Positions 45,130 through 53,458 of a stretch of DNA of 64,000 nt are shown one piece after another. The stretch comes from an uncultured cyanobacterium (GTDB taxonomy: Bacteria > Cyanobacteriota > Cyanobacteriia > PCC-6307 > Cyanobiaceae): NCBI GenBank assembly GCA_963697335.1, contig CAVONQ010000007.1, forward strand, positions 162,878 to 226,877, written 5' to 3'. Below the pieces are notes generated by a model. It saw nothing but the letters and a program-made list of their open reading frames with translations, was not told the origin of the DNA and did not search any database. The translations under genes were made by a program, and so were the position numbers. Numbering within the stretch: position 1 is the first letter of the stretch; each line of letters begins with the position of its first letter.

Positions 45130-45608
45130 AGCAACGGTGGCGGGATGGGCGCCTGCCCCGACACGTTGCTGGGGATGCCGCCTGGAGGCTCGTAGAGCAT
45201 CTCGAGCCAGTTGCCCTCGGGATCGCGCAGGTAAAAGCTGGCGGTGCCGTCGCGGTGGTCATGAACCGGGCCGCAGCAGTGGCCGGCGGCGCTGAGGCTG
45301 CCATGCACGGCATCCACCTCGGCGCGATCGCGGAAGTGGAGCGCCATATGGGGGCCTGCAGCCGTGTAAGCGGGGCTGAGCAGGGCGATGCCCTCGCCGC
45401 TGCCGGGCCATTGCAGGTAGGCCCAGTCCTCGGCCTGCCAGGTGAGCCGCAGGCCGAGGTCCACATAGAAGGCCGTGGCCCGCTCCATGTTTTGCACCCT
45501 CAGGGCCACATGGCCCAGCCGGTGGGGAACGGCAACGCTGCCAGGCGCCCTCGGGGCAGCCGCCGGGGAACTCTCGGAGAACAGGGGCGCTCGATGGGAG
45601 CCGGCCAT
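45126..45608 (-). CDS. VOC/glyoxalase family protein
   Basis: LGHVALRV, HMALH and FYLRDPEGNWLE motifs. Confidence 0.85.
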   Translation of the reverse strand: MAGSHRAPLFSESSPAAAPRAPGSVAVPHRLGHVALRVQNMERATAFYVDLGLRLTWQAEDWAYLQWPGSGEGIALLSPAYTAAGPHMALHFRDRAEVDAVHGSLSAAGHCCGPVHDHRDGTASFYLRDPEGNWLEMLYEPPGGIPSNVSGQAPIPPPLL

Positions 45609-45694
45609 GGCAACACAATCCGTGGGATGCGGAGTGGGAACGGAGAACGTGGAGACACCATTCTCTCGACAGCGGATGGCCCGCCGTGGCGGCC

Positions 45695-46696
45695 TCAGGC
45701 CTGCCGCAGCCAGGCCGCGGCGTCGCAGGCGTGGTAAGTGAGGATCAGATCAGCTCCGGCCCGCTTGAAGCAGAGCAGGGTTTCCAGTACCACGGCCCGC
45801 TCGTCGATCCAGCCCCGCTCGGCGGCGGCCTTCACCATGGCGTATTCGCCGCTCACGTTGTAGGCGGCGATTGGCTGCTCACTCTCGCCGCGCAGCCGGT
45901 GGATGATGTCGAGATAGGCCAGGCCGGGCTTCACCATCAGGATGTCGGCCCCCTCCCCCTCATCGAGCTGGGCCTCCAGGATCGCCTCGCGGCCATTGGC
46001 CGGATCCATCTGATAGGTGCTCTTGTCCTTGGGAATCGGCTTGCCCGGAGCCGCCCGGGGAGCGGAATCGAGGGCTTCGCGGAAGGGGCCGTAATAGGCA
46101 GAGGCGTACTTGGCCGTGTAACTGATGATGCCCACATGTTCAAAGCCCTCCTCATCGAGGGCTTCGCGGATGGCGCCGACACGGCCGTCCATCATGTCGC
46201 TGGGGCCGATCAGGTCGGCACCGGCGCGGGCCTGGGCCACGGCTTGGCGGCAGAGGATCTCCACGGTTTCATCGTTGAGCACCACCCCCTCAGGGCTGAC
46301 GATGCCGTCGTGGCCGTCGCAGGAGTAGGGATCGAGGGCCACATCGGTCATGATCGCCATCTCGGGGTGCACCTCCTTGAGCCGACGGATGGCGCGGGGG
46401 ATGAGGCCGTGCTCGTTGAAGCACTCGGCGCCGTCTTCACTCTTGAGGCCATCGGCCACCTTGGGGAAGAGCACCACGCAGCGGATGCCCAGCTCCCAGG
46501 CGCGGCCCACCTCCTCCACCAGCCCCTCCAGGCTCCAGCGCTGGCAGCCGGGCATGGCGCCGATCGGCTCGTTCGTGGCTCCCTCGTGCACGAACAGCGG
46601 ATAGATGAAATCAGCGGCGCTGAGCTGGTGTTCCCGCACCATCGCCCGCAGGGCCGGCGTGCGGCGCAGACGGCGGGGGCGGTAGCTGAGCTCCAT
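45695..46696 (-). CDS. hemB: Porphobilinogen synthase
   Basis: RPRRLR, SDMMDGR, YGPFREA, MVKPG and YNVSGEY motifs. Confidence 0.98.
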   Translation of the reverse strand: MELSYRPRRLRRTPALRAMVREHQLSAADFIYPLFVHEGATNEPIGAMPGCQRWSLEGLVEEVGRAWELGIRCVVLFPKVADGLKSEDGAECFNEHGLIPRAIRRLKEVHPEMAIMTDVALDPYSCDGHDGIVSPEGVVLNDETVEILCRQAVAQARAGADLIGPSDMMDGRVGAIREALDEEGFEHVGIISYTAKYASAYYGPFREALDSAPRAAPGKPIPKDKSTYQMDPANGREAILEAQLDEGEGADILMVKPGLAYLDIIHRLRGESEQPIAAYNVSGEYAMVKAAAERGWIDERAVVLETLLCFKRAGADLILTYHACDAAAWLRQA

Positions 46697-46768
46697 GGAA
46701 CCAGATGTGCTGGGGCGGATCCTAGGGAGGGGCAGGCCGCCGCTCAGGCGTGAGGACGGGGGCCGCCC

Positions 46769-47746
46769 TCACAGCCTGGCTGCCTCCATCCAGCCGGCCC
46801 GCGGGTCGGCACTGCGGGCGCTGCGCAGCTGCTGCAGCAACTGCCGCTCCTCCTCGCTGAGGGTGTCGGGCAGACGCAGCACCGGGGTGAGCAGCAGGTC
46901 GCCGCGGCCGTCCTTGAGGGGCCAGCCCTTGCCCTTGAGCCGCAGGCTGCGGCCGAGGGTCATGCCCGGAGGCACCTGCACGGAGGCCTCGCCATCGGGG
47001 GTGGCCACCCGCACCTCACCGCCGAGGGCCAGTTCATCGAGGCTGAGGGGCAGTTCAGAGCGCAACTGGTCGCCATCGAGCTTCCACACCGGATGGCTCT
47101 GGATCTGGAGGTTGAGGTAGAGGTCGCCGCGACGGCCGGTGCCGGGCTGCAGGTTGCCCTTGCCCTTGAGCCGCAGGCGGCTGCCCTGGCGGACCCCGGC
47201 CGGGATGCGCACCTGCACCCGTTCATCGTTCACCGCCAGGGTGCGCTCACAGCCCCGGAAGGCCTCGGACAACCCCAGCGAGAGATTGGCCTCGGCATCG
47301 AGGTTCACAGCCGCACCGCGGCCGCCCGGGCCGGCGAAGCCACCACCTCCAAAGCCGGCGGGGAAACCACTGCCAAAACCAAAGCCGCCGGGCGCACCGG
47401 CAGCACCGCCGCTGGCCCCAAAACGGCCGAGCAGGTCGTTGATGAAATCGTCGAAGTTGCCGTAACGGCCGAAGTCCACATCCATGCCGCCCACGCCGCC
47501 CCCGGCGCCGGCCTGGCTCCAGTACTGGCCAAACTGCTCGTAGCGGCGCCGCTTATCGGGATCAGAGAGCACCTCGTAGGCCTCGCTGATCTCCTTGAAG
47601 CGGGCCTCGGCGTTCTTGTCGCCGGGATTCACATCCGGGTGATATTGGCGGGCCAGTTTGCGGAAGGAACGCTTGATCGCATCGGCATCGGCCCCCCGGT
47701 CCACACCCAGCACCTTGAAGTAGTCGCGGTAGCCGTTGGTGGTCAT
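46769..47746 (-). CDS. DnaJ-class co-chaperone lacking the Zn finger (CbpA-like)
   Basis: J domain with HPD, G/F-rich linker and DnaJ C-terminal domain. Confidence 0.92.
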   Translation of the reverse strand: MTTNGYRDYFKVLGVDRGADADAIKRSFRKLARQYHPDVNPGDKNAEARFKEISEAYEVLSDPDKRRRYEQFGQYWSQAGAGGGVGGMDVDFGRYGNFDDFINDLLGRFGASGGAAGAPGGFGFGSGFPAGFGGGGFAGPGGRGAAVNLDAEANLSLGLSEAFRGCERTLAVNDERVQVRIPAGVRQGSRLRLKGKGNLQPGTGRRGDLYLNLQIQSHPVWKLDGDQLRSELPLSLDELALGGEVRVATPDGEASVQVPPGMTLGRSLRLKGKGWPLKDGRGDLLLTPVLRLPDTLSEEERQLLQQLRSARSADPRAGWMEAARL

Positions 47747-47928
47747 CAACTGGGGCTCGAAGGCAGGCTGGGAGGAAGGGGGGATGGCCGCAAGCAGGCC
47801 AATCATTGCTTTCAGTCTCTCAGCCGCAGCTGCGATTCAGGGCGGCTGGACTGGGCGGAAGCCCGAACGGGCCCGAGCCGGCGGCAGGGCAGCACGCCTA
47901 CGCTGCACGTCCGTTCGTGGCGCCCCAG

Positions 47929-48384
47929 GTGATCGTTCCCCCTCGACGCTCGGCCCTGCTCACCAGCCTGGCCGTGGGCCTGCTGGGGGTGGTGGTCACA
48001 GCCAGCGCCGATGCCAGGGGCGGCTCGGGTGCGAGCGCAGCCTCCACTTCCCCCCACGTGGGCGAGGCCCTGGACAACTCCACGGCGGAGCAGCGCTCGC
48101 TGAGCGCCCACCTGGCCGCCCAGGGAGCGATCTTCTACGGCGCCTGGTGGTGCCCTGCCTGCTTCCAGCAGAAGAACCTGTTCGGCAAGGAGGCCGGCAA
48201 CAGCCTTCCCTACGTGGAGTGCGACAAGAGCGACGAGGGCCGGCAGCGCTGCCAGGCTGCCGAGGTGCGGGCGTTCCCCACCTGGGATCTGAAGGGCAAG
48301 CCACGGCTGGAGGGGGTGCAGAGCATCGACGAGCTCAAGGCCTGGAGCAACTACGGCAGCGCCAGCCGTGCCTCCCAGCCCTGA
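47929..48384 (+). CDS. Exported thioredoxin-like protein (resembles the VKOR-associated Trx domain)
   Basis: Signal peptide; FYGAWWCPAC, YVEC and FPTW motifs. Confidence 0.8.
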   Translation: MIVPPRRSALLTSLAVGLLGVVVTASADARGGSGASAASTSPHVGEALDNSTAEQRSLSAHLAAQGAIFYGAWWCPACFQQKNLFGKEAGNSLPYVECDKSDEGRQRCQAAEVRAFPTWDLKGKPRLEGVQSIDELKAWSNYGSASRASQP

Positions 48385-48456
48385 TCTGGTTCAGGATGGG
48401 AGTCAAGCCCCAGGAGGCCCTACCGCTCCCGGACTGCCCTGGTTCTTCTCCCCTGA

Positions 48457-48843
48457 ATGGCCCTCTGTTCCCCGCAAGCCTGGCCGGGACTGTTCCTGCT
48501 GGCGGCGTTGTGCACACCCACCGCAGCCCTCTCCCAGGGGCTCGCCGGCAGCGCCGCTGCCGCCGCGATCCAGGGCAGCCTCAGCACCGTGCCCGTGCCA
48601 GGCGCCCAGACCACCGTCAACCGGGTGCAGCCAAAAAGGGCGGCGTTCCATGCCCTGAATGGAGCGGCCTCCGGTGACATGGTGCCCCCAACTGAGCCCG
48701 CGCCCGCACCAGCAGCCAGTACCCCGGCAGCGGCGGCGGTGCCCGTCGTCAGCGGCGCCCGCATCAACGGCCGCCTGGTGCCCTACTGCTCCCATGGTGC
48801 TCTGTGCCACGGCGCCATGCTCAGGGCGCTGGGTCTGCGCTGA
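48457..48843 (+). CDS. Hypothetical secreted Ala/Pro-rich protein with a C-terminal Cys pair
   Basis: Signal-like N-terminus; ends VPYCSHGALCHGAMLRALGLR. Confidence 0.55.
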   Translation: MALCSPQAWPGLFLLAALCTPTAALSQGLAGSAAAAAIQGSLSTVPVPGAQTTVNRVQPKRAAFHALNGAASGDMVPPTEPAPAPAASTPAAAAVPVVSGARINGRLVPYCSHGALCHGAMLRALGLR

Positions 48844-48909
48844 ACCGCCAACCTGGGAGCGCCTTGCGGCCCTGTCCAATTACGATCAGGTTCCTCCACT
48901 ACGTACCTG

Positions 48910-49158
48910 ATGATCGTCATCAAGGTGAGCAATCCTTCCGACGTCGTGGCTTCTCGCATCGGCCGATTTCTGGCTGATCTCACCCCCAGCGGATTCGACC
49001 AGAGCAAGGTGGAAATCGAGCTGATCAAGCAACTCGTGGAACAGATGGCCGCCCAGGGCCTCCAGGGCGAGGTGGCCTCGGTGCGAGGCCTGGATCTCCA
49101 CAACAAAAAACTCCAGGTGGGCTCTGAACTCCAGGTGCGGCACCACAAGGTGATCTGA
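48910..49158 (+). CDS. Hypothetical protein (82 aa)
   Basis: Clean ORF with protein-like composition, co-oriented with its neighbours. Confidence 0.6.
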   Translation: MIVIKVSNPSDVVASRIGRFLADLTPSGFDQSKVEIELIKQLVEQMAAQGLQGEVASVRGLDLHNKKLQVGSELQVRHHKVI

Positions 49159-49305
49159 ACCACCGGAGCGGGTCCGCTCCCCCCCAGCCGCCAGCTCTGG
49201 CCACATCACGTCAGATCACAGTGCTGACCAGCCCGTTGCCGGGGCAGCGCCTGCGGTGCATGCTCTGGAGATCCCTGCCACCCTCCGATGCTTGGTTCTG
49301 GCCCG

Positions 49306-50217
49306 ATGGGCAGGCTGAAGCGCCACCTGCAGAGGCTGCTGGCCTCGGCAGCAGCACTCGGCCTGGTGGCCGTGCCCTCGGCCGCGCTGGCAGAAACCTC
49401 GATCGAACGGGCGGCCCGCACCGGTGAGCTCGCCCTCGGCGTGATCGGCAAGGCGCCCCCGTTCATGAGCACCGGCGCCAATGGCCAGCTGGAGGGCTAC
49501 GTGATCGACGTGGCGGGGCTGATCGCCGCCGAGGTGTCGAGCTATCTCGGCAAACCGGTGCTGGTGGTGAGTGAAACCAGCGCCGACCAGGCCGCCCTGT
49601 TCCGCCAGGTGCACAACGGCGAGATCGATCTGATGTGCGGCGCCCAGTTCACCTGGGAGCGGGAGATGTTCGTGGACTTCTCGATTCCCTTCGCCCTCTC
49701 GGGCATCCGCCTGCTGACCCGGGGCAGCGACCTCGACGGCACGCCGGCCTCCCTGGTGGGCAAGCGGATCGGCGTGATCAGCGGCAGCCTGGGTGAGGCC
49801 ACGATCAAGGCGCTGCAACCGGGTGCCCGGCTGGTGAGCCAGCCCGACCTCAGCAGCGCCGTGGCGGCCCTGGGCCGGGGCCAGCTCGATGCCGTCGCCG
49901 GCGACTCCCTGCTACTTGCTGCAGCGGCAGGCTCTGACGGGGTCTCAGGGGTCGCCCTGGTGCCCACCCAGCCGCTGAACCGCTATGCGGTGGGCTGTGC
50001 CATGCCGGAGAACAACTCCACCCTGCGCAATCTGGTGAACCTGGCGATCGCCAAGATGCTGCAGGGCTATGTGAACGGAGATCCGGCCACCCGGGCGCGG
50101 GTGAACCGCTGGCTGGGGCCCGACAGTGACCTCGGCCTGCCGGAAGAGATGATCGCCCTCTATTTCGAGAGCGTGCTGCTCAACCACGAGCGCCTGGCCA
50201 TCACGGCCCAGCCCTGA
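49306..50217 (+). CDS. grrP: GrrP, orphan extracellular solute-binding protein of Grr RiPP clusters
   Basis: SBP family 3 features (FTWEREMFVDFSIPF...SGIRLL, signal peptide); no permease nearby; adjacent to grrA and grrM. Confidence 0.85.
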   Translation: MGRLKRHLQRLLASAAALGLVAVPSAALAETSIERAARTGELALGVIGKAPPFMSTGANGQLEGYVIDVAGLIAAEVSSYLGKPVLVVSETSADQAALFRQVHNGEIDLMCGAQFTWEREMFVDFSIPFALSGIRLLTRGSDLDGTPASLVGKRIGVISGSLGEATIKALQPGARLVSQPDLSSAVAALGRGQLDAVAGDSLLLAAAAGSDGVSGVALVPTQPLNRYAVGCAMPENNSTLRNLVNLAIAKMLQGYVNGDPATRARVNRWLGPDSDLGLPEEMIALYFESVLLNHERLAITAQP

Positions 50218-50285
50218 GCACTCCTGAGGGCGCACCGCCTTCCGCAGCCGTCGTCCCGGCAACCCCCGTCCTTCCCCTCCTCACC

Positions 50286-50648
50286 ATGCCCCGCTCCTCC
50301 CTGCTCGTGCTGATGCTGGCCTTCGCGGCCCTGGCGCAACCGGCCATGGCCCGCAGCTCACGCCCCAGCAGCGCTGGGGTGGAGGTGGAAGCGAGGCTGG
50401 AGCGCATCAGCCTGGCCTTGATCGAGCGCTTCAGCCGCGGCAGCGCGCCGGAGGCTGATTCCAGGCTGGCCCGCGGCTTCGTGAACGGCGGCCCAGGCCG
50501 GGGCTTCGCCAATGGCGTCAACCGGGGCTTTGCCAACAACCATGGCTATTACGGCGGCAGCCGCAGCTTCGTCAATGGCGGCGGTGGCTACCGGGGTGGG
50601 GGCTTCGTGAATGCGGCCCGTCCTGGCGTGGGATTCGTGAACTGGTGA
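50286..50648 (+). CDS. grrA: GrrA/OscA-family Gly-rich RiPP precursor
   Basis: Signal-like N-terminus, VEARLERIS leader, and a Gly-rich core with six FxN motifs ending GFVNW. Confidence 0.9.
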   Translation: MPRSSLLVLMLAFAALAQPAMARSSRPSSAGVEVEARLERISLALIERFSRGSAPEADSRLARGFVNGGPGRGFANGVNRGFANNHGYYGGSRSFVNGGGGYRGGGFVNAARPGVGFVNW

Positions 50649-50652
50649 GCCC

Positions 50653-51789
50653 GTGCCCGTGACTCCGTTCGGGCCGATCCGGTTGCTGGTGATCCAGCCC
50701 ACATCCCTCTGCAATCTCGACTGCTCCTACTGCTATCTGCCGGAGCGCCAGCGCCGGCTGCTGCTGGAGGAAGACCTGCTGCGGCCGATCCTGCAGCGGG
50801 TGCTGGAGAGCCCCTTTCTGGGCGAAGGGTTCACGCTGCTTTGGCACGCGGGGGAGCCGCTGACGCGGCCGCCCTCCTTCTACGAGCGGGCCAGCGAGGT
50901 TCTGGCCGAAATGCTGGCCCCCTACCCGGATCTGGCGGTGGTGCAGGCCCTGCAGACCAATGGCACCCTGATCAACAGCGCCTGGTGCGACCTGTTTCGT
51001 CGCCATGGCATCGAGGTGGGCGTGAGCCTGGATGGGCCGGCCTTCCTGCACGATCGCCACCGCCGCAACCGACTCGGCCATGGCAGCCATGCCGAGAGCC
51101 TGCGGGGCATTCGGGCCCTCCAGGAGGCCGGGATTCCGTTCTCGGTGATCAGTGTGCTCACCGAGGCCTCTCTGCACCACGCCGATGCGCTGGTGGATTT
51201 CTATCTGGAGCATGGCATCCAGGAGGTGGGCTTCAACATGGAGGAAACCGAAGGCGTGCATGAGCGCTCCAGCCTCAGCGGGGAGCCCTGTGAACAGCTC
51301 TACCGCCGCTTTCTGGAGCGGGTGTGGGAACGGGTGGCGGAGGCGAACGGGGCCTTGCGGATCCGCGAATTTGAAGAGCTCTATGCCTTCATTGCCAGCC
51401 GCTCCCGGGTGGATCACTCCGATCTCAACCGGCCGATGGCCATTGTGAGTGTGGACCACGCCGGCAACTTCTCCACCTTCGATCCAGAGCTGCTGTCAGT
51501 GGACACCAGCTACGGCCGCTTCAACCTCGGCAATGTGCGCACGGATTCCCTCGCCTCGGCCTGCAGCCATCCGCGCTTTCTGCAGATGTGGAACGACATG
51601 CAGGCGGGCCTGGAGGCCTGCCGCAGCAGCTGCGGTTACTTCGGCCTCTGTGGGGGCGGAGCCGGCAGCAACAAGTACTGGGAAACCGGCAGCTTCCGCG
51701 CCAGCGAAACCCAGGCCTGCCGCTACCGGATCAAGCACGTGGCCGATGTGGTGATGGCCAAGCTGGAGCAGGAGCTGCAGCTGAACTGA
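50653..51789 (+). CDS. grrM: GrrM cyclophane-forming radical SAM/SPASM peptide maturase
   Basis: IQPTSLCNLDCSYC, WHAGEP, FSTFDPELL and the SPASM motif CxxxCxYFGLCGGG...C. Confidence 0.92.
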   Translation: MPVTPFGPIRLLVIQPTSLCNLDCSYCYLPERQRRLLLEEDLLRPILQRVLESPFLGEGFTLLWHAGEPLTRPPSFYERASEVLAEMLAPYPDLAVVQALQTNGTLINSAWCDLFRRHGIEVGVSLDGPAFLHDRHRRNRLGHGSHAESLRGIRALQEAGIPFSVISVLTEASLHHADALVDFYLEHGIQEVGFNMEETEGVHERSSLSGEPCEQLYRRFLERVWERVAEANGALRIREFEELYAFIASRSRVDHSDLNRPMAIVSVDHAGNFSTFDPELLSVDTSYGRFNLGNVRTDSLASACSHPRFLQMWNDMQAGLEACRSSCGYFGLCGGGAGSNKYWETGSFRASETQACRYRIKHVADVVMAKLEQELQLN

Positions 51790-51860
51790 GGGCAGCGGGC
51801 TTGATGGCAGATCGGGCCAGCTCTCAGAGGAAGTTGCTCACCCCGGCCCCATACATCACC

Positions 51861-52562
51861 ATGGTGCCGGTGTTGAAGGAGCTGGAGGCTGCCCTGGCCA
51901 CTCCTCTGCTGCGCTGGCTGGGCTGGGCCGGCTGGTTGGCGCTGGGCTACGGCGGGATCTGCCTTCTGATGGCCGTGGCCCAGCGCTCCTTCATCTACTT
52001 TCCAAGGCCCGCCGCCGACCCCACTGGTCAGCTGGAGCTGCCGGTGGAGGGCAAACGGGTGCTGGTGGCCCATCGGCCCAAGCCCGGCCCGCGAGCGCTG
52101 ATCTACTTCGGCGGCAACGCCGAGGACGTGTCGCTCACCCGCGCCGAGGTGGCTCGGCGCCACAGCACCGTGAGTGTGGCGGGCCGGAGCCTGGGCACCG
52201 GACCCGCCGTGCACCTGGCCGCCACCCAGCCGGTGCAGCGGCTAGTGCTGCTGGTGCCCTTCGACAGCCTGCTGGCGGTGGCCCGCGGCGCCATGCCCTG
52301 GCTGCCGGTGGACCTGCTGCTGCGCGACCGCTGGGATGCGGCGGCCGAGGCCCCCCTGGTGGAGGCCACCACCACGATCGTGGCGGCCCAGTTCGATGCG
52401 GTGGTGCCGGTGGCCCGGGCCCGGGCCCTGCACCGCGCCTTCCGGCCGGGCGTGGCGGAGCTGGTGGTGGTGGGCGACCTCGACCACAACACGCCGATCC
52501 TCCATGCCGCCGCCTTCCGCACTGCGCTGATCGCGGCCCCCCCACCTAGCCTCCCAAAGTGA
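51861..52562 (+). pseudogene. Alpha/beta hydrolase with an apparent in-frame internal deletion
   Basis: YFGGNAE and the GRSLG nucleophile motif are only ~21 aa apart; the usual YRGYG segment is missing. Confidence 0.6.
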
Positions 52563-52587
52563 CCCTCCGCTGGCGTTCAGGCCTGGA

Positions 52588-52791
52588 ATGATGTCCGAGA
52601 TCAATCTGCGGCAGGTCATCCTCGGCGTGCTCACCATCGCCATCTCCCTGGTGCTGATGGTGGTGGCGGTGAGCAAGCTGTACCCCACCCAGAACGCAGA
52701 GGCCCCTCCCGTTGATGAGGCGGGCCAGCTGCTGACCCTGGAGATGGGGGTCTCCTCTGAGATGGGAGTCCCGGAAGACCTGGGGTCATGA
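52588..52791 (+). CDS. Small single-TM hypothetical protein
   Basis: 67-aa ORF with one hydrophobic helix. Confidence 0.55.
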   Translation: MMSEINLRQVILGVLTIAISLVLMVVAVSKLYPTQNAEAPPVDEAGQLLTLEMGVSSEMGVPEDLGS

Positions 52792-52819
52792 GAGGTCTCG
52801 GGACTTTCCGGCGCCGCTG

Positions 52820-53458
52820 ATGGACACCTTCACCGAGCTGGTTGGGCACACCCTGCGCCTCCAGCCCGACGCCTTCCGACTGCTCCGCGCTGGCGAGCTG
52901 TCGGCCTGGTGGGGGGTGCTGATCGCCCTGCTGGCCGGGCTGTCCCAGGGCATCGGCCACGGCTTCATCCTGTTTGTGAACCGGGTGTCGCCGCTGCGCT
53001 TCGGCCTCAGCCTGGTGGTGGAGGCGGTGCTGGTGGTGGTGGGCTTTCTGTTCTGGGCCCTGAGCACCTGGCTGGTGGCGCGCCTGGGCTTCGGGGTGGC
53101 GATCAGCCCCACCACGGTGGTGCTGGCGCTGGGGGTGGCCCATGCCCCGGAGCTGCTGGCCTTCCTCGGCGCCCTGCCCTACCTCGGCGTGCCCTGGCTC
53201 ACGCTCCTCTCCCTGTGGACGGCGATCGCCTTCGTGGTGGCCCTGGTGGAGGTGGCCGGCCTGGGGGCCTGGCAGGCCTTCATCGCCCTGCTCGCCGGCT
53301 GGCTGGTGATGCTGCTGCTGCAGCGCCGCGCCGGTCAGCCGCTGATGCGCCTGGGCCGCAGCCTGCTGAACCGCACCGCCGGGGTGCAGCTGGTGCGGGA
53401 CCGCCGCGCCTTGAGCGTGTTGCTGGATGGCGACCCCCGAGCCCGGCAGCGGCGATGA
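52820..53458 (+). CDS. Yip1-like multi-pass membrane protein
   Basis: AGLSQGIGHGFILFVNRV and LGALPYLG motifs; about 5 TM helices; ATGA overlap with the next gene. Confidence 0.7.
   Translation: MDTFTELVGHTLRLQPDAFRLLRAGELSAWWGVLIALLAGLSQGIGHGFILFVNRVSPLRFGLSLVVEAVLVVVGFLFWALSTWLVARLGFGVAISPTTVVLALGVAHAPELLAFLGALPYLGVPWLTLLSLWTAIAFVVALVEVAGLGAWQAFIALLAGWLVMLLLQRRAGQPLMRLGRSLLNRTAGVQLVRDRRALSVLLDGDPRARQRR

Noticed and set aside
50470..50645. Recurring ggcttcgtgaa/ggcttcgccaa units resembling a CRISPR or tandem array
   Set aside because: They are coding repeats of the GrrA FxN motifs; the units are too short and irregular and there are no cas genes.
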